A stretch of 64,000 nucleotides of DNA. Source: Guillardia theta CCMP2712 (Eukaryota; Protista; Cryptophyta). Where the stretch lies: contig NW_005434671.1 in the NCBI RefSeq assembly GCF_000315625.1, positions 1,103,170 to 1,167,169 of the forward strand, written 5' to 3'. Position numbers and translations under genes: made by a program. This document shows positions 20,468 through 32,206 of the stretch, one piece after another; position 1 is the first letter of the stretch, and every line of letters starts with the position of its first letter. The notes beneath the pieces are model-generated. The model saw nothing but the letters and a program-made list of their open reading frames with translations. It was not told the DNA's origin and did not search any database.

Positions 20468-22890
20468 ATGACCTGGCTTCAATCACGTGATCTTGTTCCT
20501 TCTTTTTTTGTTCCTGCGTTGACATGTAAGAAATGAGATTCAATCAGAAACGATCGCAGAGCCTCCTTAATTTTACAGTGATCTCCTCTTGCTGAGTCAT
20601 CCTTCTTCTTACTACCTTTGTTCTTCTCCTTCTCTTCCCCTTTATCTCGCTCCTCCTCTCATCTCTTTGTCTCGCATTCCCCTCCCTCCTCCTCTCACCG
20701 CCTTATAGTTCATCAGGCCCTCTACGATGGCGACAGGGTCGTGGGTCTTGTCAATCCTGAACTTGAGGTGCAACTGCAGACTCTCAACATGCTTGTCAAA
20801 CTGCAGCCCAGCTGACCTCTGCTGCTCGTTTTGACTCGACGTTGCGAACCGGCCTACCCTTCCTGCTCCAACACATTCATTTCTGCAGAGAGCAGGCGAC
20901 GAACCGATCGGATTGCTGGATTCGTTACTCTCTTCACCTGTCTACGAGGGCAAACCAGGCATCCTCTTCATACGCATTTTGTTGTCCTCCGCTTCCTGAT
21001 CGCCCTTCCGCTGGGCCCCATTGCCACCTGTCAGTCCAATGAGGGAACAAGGACTGCAAGCGTAAGCATGCTCTGAGACAAGATGACACGTGACGCGAAG
21101 AGTTGTGTCAAGGTTGAAGTGATCATTGAACAAACACATGTCGCATATTGAACAGAAAACATGTTGTTGGCTGTTGTGGCTCACCCGGAGATCATGTAAT
21201 TCCCAGTCAACCTGACGACTCCCAGCCAGTCGTCGTTCTTTCCGGCGTCCCAATCCCACACATCCATCACGACCTGATCTTCCTCTTCATCAAACTGAAG
21301 GGAGATCTCCTTGTTCCAGTATGGACACAGCGTGCTAGAGAGAAGGAGCAAGTCTCAAACAGCTCAAGAGATTGATTCTTCGCACCTCTTGCAGATCTCT
21401 GTCCGGTACGTCTTCTTGTCTTTTCGGCCGTCTCCGTCTATCTTCACTGTCACATACGGATCGGCCTGGCTGCAAGTCAGGACAAGAAACGCCATTCTTC
21501 TTTGCTCTTACCAACCCGCACATCTGACTGTCACGAAAGAAAACATCAGCCTTGGGCAAGTTGCGAGCCTCGATGATAGTCAATCTCAAGTTCCAATTCA
21601 TTAGTCGACTCTTGATCCTCTTCGCCTCTTCAAGTCTGTTCTCGGACTTCATCCTCTCTTTCTCTTTCTGAAACCACATTTCACTTGACATACCATGACA
21701 CATCTTTCCGTTCACCAGCTCCTTCCGTTCCTTGAAGGTGAGCCGCTTCGAGCTGAACTCGTCCTCGTCCTTCACCTCGAGGCCAGCAGACGCATACTTC
21801 CTCAGGCACTTGTGGTAAGCCTGAGGATAGCGTTTCCACAAGATGAGAGCAAGAATTAGCATCCCAAACGTGACGACCATCGGGACTGAGAGCAGGTCAA
21901 GCACTTCGATGCAGCACAGGTTTGATATGTTCAGTTCACATGTCACGTCACTTCACCATGAGACTTCACACAAACATCCTCAAACCATTGAGCATCTTCA
22001 TTGCGTTGCGCATCGTCATATCATCCAGCAACTTCATAACATTTGTTCTTGCAATCTACCTCCTAGCCGAGTGAAGACCGCCATTTCGTTTACTTTGGTT
22101 GAGTTGGGATAGGAGTCCGGGGGAGTGCAGACGGCAAGAGAAGAAGTGTTGCTTGCCGGATGGCAAGTCCATCCCGGCTCTATGTTGCAAGAAGAGTCGC
22201 AACCGTCGTTGGGGCGAGTATTCCCTATCAACGATGAATGCACAGGACAGACAAAGAAAATCTCCTCTCACCGTCATCACACTGCTCTTGGTTGATTGTT
22301 GCAGCCTTGTCGTACTTGATGTTGACCGTTATCCCATCTCCACACCTCACCTGAGAGACCAAGTCCAGGGAGTTGACATACTTGATCGTGCTCTGGGGGC
22401 TGACGAGCTTGTAGGCCAAGTTGTACAACCTCCCGCGTATGAAGCTCGATGTCGAGAAGGCTATGAGAGAATGGCTCTTCTTTGAGATGTCAACACAGTC
22501 ATTCTGCGGATTCCCACAAGGAGCCCCCCCACAGTCGATGGGCAGCGCAGGAAGATCAGGTGCCTGAATGCCAGTCTGTAGTACGTACTGAGAGCTGAAA
22601 CACAGCAGCGAGCATTGCGATCCTGCGGGCATGGAGAATATCACAGTGACAGTCTGCTGGAAGATAGAGACAGGAATGCCATTGGCGCTAGGGTCTGCGT
22701 TAGCTGCTGGGGTCATAGTTGGGGCCGGACAAATCATGCAGCCATTGGGAAGATCAGTGCAAGGGGTCCCGTCAGGTCCCTTCGGCACGGTTGAAGTCTG
22801 GCTAGAAGCCCTACCAGTAAGGAGCAAGAGAGACAGCAGACCATAACCGATATGGACTCTTATGTAATAAAGTCTCTGCGCGTGGAACAT
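16145..22890 (-). CDS. Large single-pass membrane protein: signal peptide, Myxococcus-type Cys-rich repeat, TM, C2, EF-hand, RanBP2-like Zn finger, uncharacterised C-terminal domain
   Basis: 'VRCGDG...EQCDDG|NTRPNDGCDSSCNIEPGWTC'; TM 'VPMVVTFGMLILALILWKR'; C2 'LRLTIIEARNLPKAD...ADPYVTV...CPYWNKEI...VMDVWDWDAGKNDDWLG'; EF-hand 'DEDGSGSLDKEE'; 'WICGKCG...CRECKEPRP'. In-frame splicing was traced for most junctions from about 19700 to the 16145 stop. Junctions at 19700-21200 were not all resolved. Confidence 0.65.
16751..17354. repeat. 604-bp direct repeat, copy 2 (copy 1 at 6402-7005)
   Basis: See copy 1. Confidence 0.95.
18315..18390. repeat. (ATATC)n intronic microsatellite
   Basis: Direct reading; lies in a predicted phase-1 intron. 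Confidence 0.9.
18825..18948. repeat. Compound (AAC)n(ATC)n(AAC)n intronic microsatellite
   Basis: Direct reading. Confidence 0.95.
20390..20466. repeat. (GGAGCA)n intronic microsatellite
   Basis: Direct reading. Confidence 0.95.
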
Positions 22891-23995
22891 GTTCAAAGGT
22901 TCTATCAAAGTTGCTGGCAAACTTTGATGAGTGACAGGCGAACAATGTGTTAGTCGTCACCTCAGCGATGAACAGCAGCCATTGCAGCTTCCTTCTTCAC
23001 TGGCACCGTGGCCGAGGCTGCCATGGATGAGCCCGATGATGATCGGATGATCGTCGGTGCAGCAGGAGTCGTGGTAGTTCACTGTGGTTGTAGATTTTGA
23101 AAGCTGTAGTCAAAACACCGGAAGAACTTCGCCGAACCGTTGAAGAACCGACGGTTACCGTTCAACGTGACTAAAAGGGCCACCCGGCGACCGCCCCGGG
23201 CCCCCGCAAGTTCCGAAGCCAAGTTCAGTTCGGCGCAGTTTTCTTCTCAGGCTTACTGGCTGTGTGCGACCGTGAGTGGAAGCCGCTCCTCGACTCGGCG
23301 TGACTCAGGCTCGGACCGGCCCGGCCCGCCCAGGCCGCTGCAGGCTGCCGCTCAGTGGACTCCGGGCCGGACTCCTGGGCCGGCCGCCCGGCGGGTCCGA
23401 AAGTGAAACGTTTTTACTGAGTACTGAGTCGGCTGACCGGCCCGGTGCTCAGCAGGCCCGCCGGCTTACAAGTCCATTTTAAACCGCCCCCGGTGCGGTC
23501 GAGTTGAGATCCAATTGTTTTACTTAAACTGTATGAGTAAAAGGTAAAGTACGAGCACGAGCTACCCACCCTACCCCAATGTTCCAAAAGGATCCAATCA
23601 TTTGTTAACCCCTCCAATTTACTGTACTAAATGGGGTATTTGTAAGATTTTATTCACCCCTACCCTCTCATTAAGAACTTTCGACAAAGTACCCCTACTT
23701 TGTTGGACATTGAGCTGGTGGCAATTGTACCCCACCCCCCATTTTCCTGCAACTGACCACCACAGTAGCCCTCAATCCTCCTGTCTCCCAGGGGTAGAAT
23801 TAAGTACCCCCACCCCTACAATAAAACCTCAAATGGTGTAAAAACAACCGGTGACAATGGACACGAATCTACCCCTTCGGATCCATATGTAGAGACCACC
23901 GGTTCTTACCTACCCTACCCCTCTGGTAGACTACGGAATCCCCCCTACTTCAGCGGGGTAGCCCTGCACGTGCCCCCGCTGCGCTTGCGACGATC

Positions 23996-25474
23996 ATGGG
24001 ATTCGACGGTAAGGAAGACGCTCATGCCGGCGGTTGACGCTCGGCCCCTTGTTGTTCGATGCTCAATCTAATGAGGAATGTTGTGTTACTTCGTTCCCTC
24101 CCCCGAGATTCTTGCATCAGTCTTCTTGTGGTAGTTTGTCATGCGAATTTCGTGCTGCTTCAATGTAACTTGCAAAGGATTCTTGATTGATGATGCGGAA
24201 TTGAGAAGCTTCATCCTTGTTCTTGCCTTTGTGCCAAAAATCTTGATGCCAGTACCTTGTATTTTATCTCTATGAGATCCTGATGATTATCCTGTGCGTG
24301 TAAATCACCGTGTAAAGCAAATGGTCGTATCATGGTCATGATATGTGATGCTTTTGCTGATTTCATAAAAGGCGATGTTTGCCTCTCTTTATCTGTTCTT
24401 ATGCAAACGACATGATTTTCTGCAATGTTTCCTCTCTGCTTGTCGATATATTCTTTATCATTCCTGTTACACTTGTTGACGACTTTTCAGGTGGTGGAAG
24501 AGGAGGTTTTAGGGGAGGAAGAGGAGGTGGAGGAGGACGTGGAGGAGGACGTGGAGGAGGACGTGGAGGTACTACTTCATCCTACAGCTTTACAGGCTTG
24601 CTGACTCTGTCTTGAAGGTGGACCAGGAGGTCGTGGAGGAGGACGTGGGGGTGGCCGTGGGGGTGGCCGTGGTGGAGGAGGACGTGGGGGTGGCCGTGGA
24701 GGAGGACGTGGGGGTGGTCGTGGAGGACCAAAGGGCATGAAGGGAGGCTCCAAGGTGGTGATCGAGCCCCACAGACATGCTGGCATCTTTATCGCCAAGG
24801 GCAAGGAAGATGCTCTTGTGACCAGGAACATGGTCCCGGGAGAGTCTGTGTACGGCGAGAAGAGAATCTCTGTCGACGATCCTGCTGAGGAAGGAAAGAA
24901 GATCGAGTACCGTGTGTGGAACCCTTTCAGGTCCAAGATTGCCGCTGCTGTTCTTGGTGGTGTTGACAACATCTGGGTCAAACCTGGCGCCAAGGTCCTT
25001 TACCTCGGGGCTGCTTCTGGTACTTCCGTTTCCCATGTGTCGGACATTGTTGGGCCCACTGGAGTGGTGTACGCTGTTGAGTTCTCCCATCGCTCTGGTC
25101 GTGACTTGATCAACATGGCAAAGAAGAGGACCAACGTGGTTCCGATCATTGAGGATGCCCGTATGCCACTGAAGTACCGCATGCTCGTCGGAATGGTCGA
25201 CGTTGTGTTCGCCGATGTTGCTCAGCCCGATCAGGCCCGTATTGTGGCTCTCAACTCCTCCTACTTCCTCAAGACTGGTGGACATTTCATCATCTCCATC
25301 AAGGCTTCTTGCGTGGACTCCACTGCTGCCCCCGAGGCCGTGTTCGCCTCCGAGGTGAGCAAGCTCAAGAAGGACAACTTCAAGCCGCAGGAGCAGGTCA
25401 CTCTCGAGCCCTACGAGCGAGACCACGCCGTCGTGATTGGCTCCTACCGTGTGGCAAAGAAGAAGAAAGAATGA
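23996..25474 (+). CDS. FBL: Fibrillarin (rRNA 2'-O-methyltransferase)
   Basis: Micro-exon ATGGGATTCGACG, 482-nt intron, RGG/GAR exons, then '[10 protein letters not shown]', '[11 protein letters not shown]', '[10 protein letters not shown]', '[10 protein letters not shown]', 'LEPYERDHA'. Confidence 0.98.
24271..24367 (+). ncRNA. Candidate intronic box C/D snoRNA
   Basis: Box C TGATGA at 24281-24286, box D CTGA at 24357-24360, terminal stem TATGAGA/TTTCATA (one G-U), possible D' ATGA and C' GTGATGC; lies in fibrillarin intron 1. Confidence 0.5.
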
Positions 25475-25802
25475 GAGATGGAGCATGACTCGTCGAAGCT
25501 TTGCGGCTGATCCTGCGTTTTGAGGTCGTCCTGTGTGATACATTTTGAGAACCACGGCGCTTATGCTTGGTTGAGATAACTCCTTACACTATTCCCTCCC
25601 TAGCTAGCTTATTACCACAATCCCGTGCATGTTTCTGCTATGGTCGTTTTGGGCATTGGAAGAAAGACCCATGTTTGTACTAGCTCTTTACAAAGATCCG
25701 GAATCGTGTATCATTGAATAAAGTCTTAAATGAATACGCGGCTTCCTCGCATCAAGGGCTCAATGACAACCTTCCCCTCCTCTCTTAGAACCATTCGTAT
25801 CT

Positions 25803-28140
25803 TTATTTCAGGTCGAGATTTAAAATTTGCCCTGGCAAAAAGCAACGAGTAGTAGTAGTAGTAAAATTTGCCTGAGTTCTCGGCATGGCAAGAACGACAC
25901 TAAAATGGCAAGAAAGAATAAATCGAAGAAAACTTGTGTTGTACCTCACAACTTTCCTTCGTCCCCCTCCCTCATCCTCCTCCGCTTCTCTCACTTCGTC
26001 CAACAACCGCGGGTCCTCCTCTCCCCTCATCATCTGTTTGCAACTGTCTTGGAGACAGTGCCATGTACGCTCACGTCCCATTCGAACGACTCGGCGTCAG
26101 ACAAGCGGAAGAATCTCCTGCGAAGATACCAAGCGAAGATGAAGAAGAAGAGCGAGCCCCCCGAGAAAATGCTGAAAGTGATCATGAAGTGAGACCCCGC
26201 CTGTCACACGGTCAGCGCCACGTGTACAACAGCTGCCGTCTTGTCACCAAGGCATAGAGAGGAGCGTTCAAGAGCAGAACGAGAGCACTAATGCCGTTGG
26301 CTAGACCCGTGAGAAACCCAAAATTCTCGTAGCCGAACGTGCTGCCAACCCCGGCAAAGAAGAAAGAAAACAGAAACTGAAAGCGCAAGAAACCTTTCAG
26401 ACGCGCAACACTTACGTGACATATAAAAGTCACCTGCCGAGCAGAAGAAAACACCACGAGAGTGAAAAACTGCAACTCCAACGACGGGACGATAGCGGCT
26501 ACCTGCAGCAATCTGTGAGAAAACATTCCAAGATGTGGGAGTGCAGCTAACCTGCCACAGAAGGAAGCTTGCATTCACGAAGATCATCAAGAAGCTGAGC
26601 TGACACCTGACACGAGGGTCATGCCCACGAAAAGCTCGAGGTAAGAGTGGGAGAGGAGGGAGAGCTTGAAGAAACAAAGGAAGACTTGCTCACCGATCTT
26701 GCAGGTACCCACAGATGGGTGTCGTGATGAACCCGAGAGGATAGATGATTCCAAATAGCGTCAGCCAGTCCTTCCCTCGCGTCTTCGGCTCTCCGCTGCA
26801 CTGAGGAACACACTCCGCGCATTTCCCAGCACATCCACATGACCAGCACTCGAGCTGGTCCCCTACTGCCGTTAAATAATAGGTGCTTGTGAGAAGTTGA
26901 AAGATGAAGAAGAGGAGCAGCCCAATCCACTCCGGCGTCATCACTTGACGTGAGAGCGGCAGGTACGACAGGTCCAAACACAGCTGGTTTGCGTTCTCCA
27001 GCGGCGTCTCCGGGATGACACCCAGCTCGCCCATGAGCGGCTCCAGCTGTTCCGATCCCTCGAACGCCCAGCCGTGCCATGAGCTATCGTCCCCTATAGA
27101 GCTCCGCGGGGTCAGAGTTCCATCTGACCAGTCCGTGCCCGACGAATCACGACTGTGCTGGCTCGAGTCGACTCGACTTGAACGTGCTCGTCCTCTCCGA
27201 GTGTGGGTAGAGCTGTCCTCGTACTTGACGCTGCTCGGGCAAGTCAGCTCCGCCTCCTGCCCACAGTTCCCTCACCTTCCGGGATCGAGGTCGTCAGGCG
27301 AGCAGAAGGGTTTGACGGGCCACACCGAAGAAGTGAGCACCACCATCCCGCAGGCACCAGCGTAGGCCATGAATTGGGACTTGAGGTCAAGGTCGAGCTT
27401 CTCGTGAAGGAGCCTCATGAGAGTGAAGAGGAAGCTGCAAGGACGGCGAGTCAGCAAAGAGCTATGAATTGCAGAGTGTCACCTTGAAGCTGCGAACGAT
27501 CCTGTTATGGTGCTGACAACCAGCCTCTCGTTCCCAAGGAACAAGTTACTGATGTGGAAACTGGTAATCTGCAGCCCGTTCCCTCCGAAACCGATGCAGG
27601 CGAGGCCAGGAAACCACAGCATCGATTCAGGCTCAGCGTATGCGAGCATGAAAGATCCCGCGCACACAATGAATGCCGAGCTCATCCTTGCGAATTTCGT
27701 CCCCCACAGGTCCATGGCTACTCCTGCAAAAAGAGCGCCGACCGCGTTCGCCGCGCCTGCGATGCTGAAGACAAGAGCAAGCTTGCTCCTCATCGCAAGA
27801 CAAGGGTAGTTGGGGTCGTTCTTGCCGCCGTTGCAGGACTCTGCAAAGACTCCCAGCTCATACAGTACAGGAAGCAAGGCCTGCCAGCCGAAGATGACGC
27901 CTCCGCAAACGATCTGTGCCAATGTCAGACTCATCAGTCATGAGCAGGGGCAGCAGAGCATGTCGCGCACGAGCAGAAAAGTATGAAGTATGGTGTGAAC
28001 GTCAGACTCACTTGATGGACAAGCGTGATGATGAGGTACGATTGCTTCGACAATCGGAACTCTTGGGCGTAGTACAAACCGCCTTCGAGGGCAAAGCCTT
28101 CGGCCCCTCCTTTGTCTCTCCATGATTCATAGTCTTCCAT
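25803..28140 (-). CDS. MFS transporter, SLC43/LAT3/FMP42-like (multi-exon)
   Basis: 'GGVIFGWQALLPVL', 'AGVAMDLWGTKFAR', 'FHISNLF...VSTITGSFAAS', 'TPICGYLQDR', 'TFGYENFGFLTGLA'; many TM helices. 3' end approximate. Confidence 0.82.
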
Positions 28141-29496
28141 CGGATCCACAAGGATAGGAAGAGATCAAAGACGTGTCATGCAGCACCACAGACGATCTTT
28201 ACGCAGATATGCAAGGTTTGCGGCCCCGAAACGAATCCTTGGGCAGACTTGGAATATGAATAGTATATTTCCTCCTTACTCACCCTGTAGCAGGTCGGGC
28301 GACCATCACTGGAGTCGATTCCAAGTAACAATATGACAGGGCCGAATGCACCTGAGAGGCTCTTTGATCTGCAAAGCTTGTCTACGAGCAGAAATTCTGT
28401 CTGGGAGCAAGTGTGGTAGCTGACCTACAGCTGCCTGATTCTCCTGGCACAATCTGAAAGTTGCTGAGGAGAATGTCCAGTTCGAGGTCTATGCTTTCGT
28501 CCTCAGGTGTTCTGCTGGTTGCGATATTGCTCCTCCTCCCCCTCCTCCTCTGCCCCCCAGTCTCTCATTTCTTGCCGGGGTTGCCGGCCATCGATCCCTG
28601 TATCGCATTCTCGGTACGTGTCGATTCCAGCTATGTTTTGGGGAATTATTTCTAAATACTATAACAGATCATAGAAATTTTCAAATATATAAGCTTACGT
28701 TGAAACTAATTTTACCACTCAAGCATGTCATCCAATCCATCGAAAATCGTAGTCACCTTGAATCTTGTATAACCCCATAATTTTAAAGAAACCAGTTTGT
28801 ACCAATCATGATTTCTATTATAAAACCTGGTACAATACACAATTTCGGTACTAAGGGTTGGTTGAATAGTACCTGCTTAAACTCTACCATTTACATTTGA
28901 AAATAATAAATTTTGTACTGTTTATTGGTACGTAGCAGTACAAGACTGAGAAAATTACCAAGAGGTTTTAAAGTCGCTACAAATGCTTAAGTGGTATTTT
29001 GATTTTATAACTATTTTGTAATAATTTAAAACATTATCCATATATTATTACTTGTATAGGTACGTAGGGATGAAATAACGATGGTAACGGAAGTGATGCC
29101 TATTATTTTTTAACTTTTACACAAAGTTGCTTCCTTCTTTTTTTTCACTTTGTGGGATATGGCGCTGTTTGACCGCCTCCGAGAAGGGGTAAAGGGGTTG
29201 ACGGAGAGGAGGAGGAGAAGGAAGGGGAAGAGGAGGAAGAGAAGAACGAGCAAGGACAAGGACAAGGACAAGGACAAGGACAAGAACTACCAGACACTCC
29301 TAACGTAGACCTTGGTCGCTGATTAAAAATCATTCAAGACATTGCAGGTATTTTGTCAATGTAGTCCTTCCTTACAGAATCCAAAACATAGCAATCTAAA
29401 CCATTATCTGATTATCATCTACTCTTGCATCATGCCAAAATTTGTTCTCAATAACATTGTGATTCCTATGCATAAGTGAGCTCGCTGTCACAGGTC

Positions 29497-32206
29497 ATGC
29501 GATCGCAACCTGACACCGTCCTTCCGCCACTGCGTCGGAATTCATCGCGACCGCGGCGATGTAGTTGCATAGCGAGGTTTGAACCATCAAGACTTGATGT
29601 TCTAATGCTTACAGACAAACAAGGTGGTCGAGAACTGCATACCTTGACCAGCTTCTCCTCTCTCTTCGCACTCCTCCGAGTCATCGTGTAGGTGTGAGCG
29701 TGAGGATTCTGAGGAGAGTCTTGCAATGTTTCAACATGTTTGTTGTCTTCAGAGATAGACATAGAAAACCTCATGTATGCCGTGGGAGGATTCGAAGTAT
29801 TCAAGGCATGATAAAGCATGTCCATCATGTTTGTCATCTGATCATATCGTTCCAGGGTCTCCACAACTCCTTGCTTCGAGAGGTGTGCAAGAGGCTGGAG
29901 ATTTCAAGCAAATTGCCGGCAGAGAGCATCGTGAACGAAGGCGACGAGGAGAGAGGAGGACTTGTGAATGTTTCTTGTGAAGTGAATGTGGCCATGGTGC
30001 AGGCGGACACGTGGTATCTCATCATCTCCGGGGAGGCGCATATCAAGCTTCAACGAGAAGCTCTGTGAGGATGAAGCTGCTGTAAGAGAGCCCTGCTGAG
30101 ACGTGCTTGCAGTTCCTGCGTCGAGATGGCGACACTGAGCGAAGGGATGGGGTGATGTCGTATATCCATGCAGCACGCAAGTTTGATCTTCAACAAGGTT
30201 CGGAGAGTTTGGGCTGATCTACGAGCAACCAAGATCTGCAAGTGTTTATGCTGGCATGGAGGGTACCGTGATGGCTAAGGTAGTTGTGTTGGACGGTGGT
30301 ATGAGGTCCTTATTCTCGTGTTAGTTGTCGAGAGATGATTACTGCAAGCTGCTCAAGGTGATTTGACTCTGTCTCAAGTCTCAGAACTCACCTGCTCCAT
30401 CAAGGAGCACCACAGACGACTGCTGTTTGCGACGTTCCAACAGAAGCTTGACTTCCTCTCTCAGTCGAAAGTTTTCTCAATCCTTCCAGGTGTGTACACT
30501 GTCACGGTCATAATTGTGCACTTACCAGATGATGGAAGAAAATGCTCTGATCTCCCTGTCCTACCTCTTCTTCTTCAAGTCTGTTCCTAAGGGTGAGATT
30601 TGCTACAACTCATCGCCGAGTGATGTAAGAATCGCCTCTGCTGGGTTGTTTCATCTCACAACCGCTCAGGCAGCGCTGACCTTCGTCTTCGAGGGGCAAT
30701 GTTCATGTTGGTATCAGGTAGTTCTTTGTCCTCAGCAGCCTGGTCTCACTCAGGACAAGGTCGACGACATTGTTGTCAATCTCACAGTCGACAAAGGTTT
30801 CGTTTTCGGCCCCATGTGCTCGCCGGTAGCTCAACCCCCGACATGGTTTGGCTGACTGCTCGCAGAATCAGCTCCTCCGGATCAAAGCGTGCGAGGAGAG
30901 CAACGTCCAGCTGCTTGTTGCTGACTCGCTCGATGTGGCTCTGCTCAAGTATGGAGGAGACATGCTGCGCGAGCTATCGAAGCGAAGAGCAGGTGTGAGG
31001 ACAAGAGGCTAGCAAGGGAGCAGGAATGAAGGGAGGGGAAGGGTGGGGGTAGACCGTTTGGAAGCAGAGGGCAGAGAGGCTGGAGAAATCAAAGTAGACC
31101 AGATTCTGCGAGCAAACTGAAGAAAGATGGAAGGAGGAGCCACTGACTGAGATGATGTTTGGTTTCAAACAGAGGAGACCAACAACCTTTTGCAGCGAGC
31201 AAGTCAAGTTGGGTTTTTGTCGAGGAGACTGAAGTTGGACAATCTGAAGACGAAAGAGATGGAGATGATTGAAGAGATCCGATCATTGTCACCGATGCTG
31301 AAGCGGAAGAATAGGAGAACAAGATCTCCTACAAAGCTGCTGCCGATGACGAAGCCGGAGCACAAGAAGGAAGTTGTCGTTCTGTTCCTCAACAGAACTT
31401 TCTCGGTACTCAATGTCTGAACATTTCTGATGATTGGTTGACTTCAGCCCGATCAGACGCTCAACATCCAGGCAGGCGATCGAAGAACGATCCGCCTGAA
31501 GGACTACATGAGGATAGAGGTCGCAAGATGCCTCCTGTAACGCGCATGTTGACAAGGTGTTGCGATGTTGATCCGTTTCTTTCAGCATCCCGCAATCATG
31601 CATCAATGTTCTCGACATCTCGGTGTTCGGTGGACAAGTGAAGGAGGCAAACCACAACTTGACTGACCTGCAGGTTCCAAGATGTCACGCAGCAAGGTCT
31701 ACATCTCCATCGATTTGCAGAAAGATTCCCAGGACAGCGACGGGATTCCAAATCTCATCGCGTATCTGCTCGAGCAGATTTCAAATCTAGAGAGCCCGCT
31801 TCACAGGGCAAAGAGGTCTGTTCGAATCTCCTGCCCACCTTCCTAGCTTGACGCGAGTGTGAAGCATGCACGGGCTGTTTGCGGGGATTTACTGCCGAGA
31901 CAACAAGAGCTCAAACATCCTGACAACCATCGGAACATGTTTGATCGTTGAGAGAGTCTTCGACAACCCTTTCGAGTTCGTCGAGCCTGTTGATGAGTGG
32001 GTCGTCCGGATGAACAGCCTCTGCCCGATCTCCTCAACCATATGACAAGTGCGCACCTGCTCCTCTATAGAGCATGCGCGGAGAACGCAGAGAGTCAACT
32101 CAACAGATACATGCAAGTTCAACAGATCGCCTGTTTTGTCCTGCACGTTTTTCTTCCTCACTCTTCTCGTCTCTTACAAGTTCTTTCGTGGGATAGGATA
32201 GTCTGA
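29497..32206 (+). CDS. Cyclic nucleotide-binding domain protein (multi-exon)
   Basis: '[10 protein letters not shown]...IVNEGDE|[12 protein letters not shown]' and a spliced phosphate-binding cassette 'ATLSEGMG|[18 protein letters not shown]'; a second, degenerate CNB domain ('[15 protein letters not shown]'). Ends approximate. Confidence 0.7.

Noticed and set aside
24590-25555. 321 aa ORF antisense to fibrillarin
   Set aside because: Typical open antisense frame caused by strong codon bias.
25827-26192. Plus-strand 121 aa ORF
   Set aside because: Overlaps the final TM exons of the minus-strand MFS transporter.
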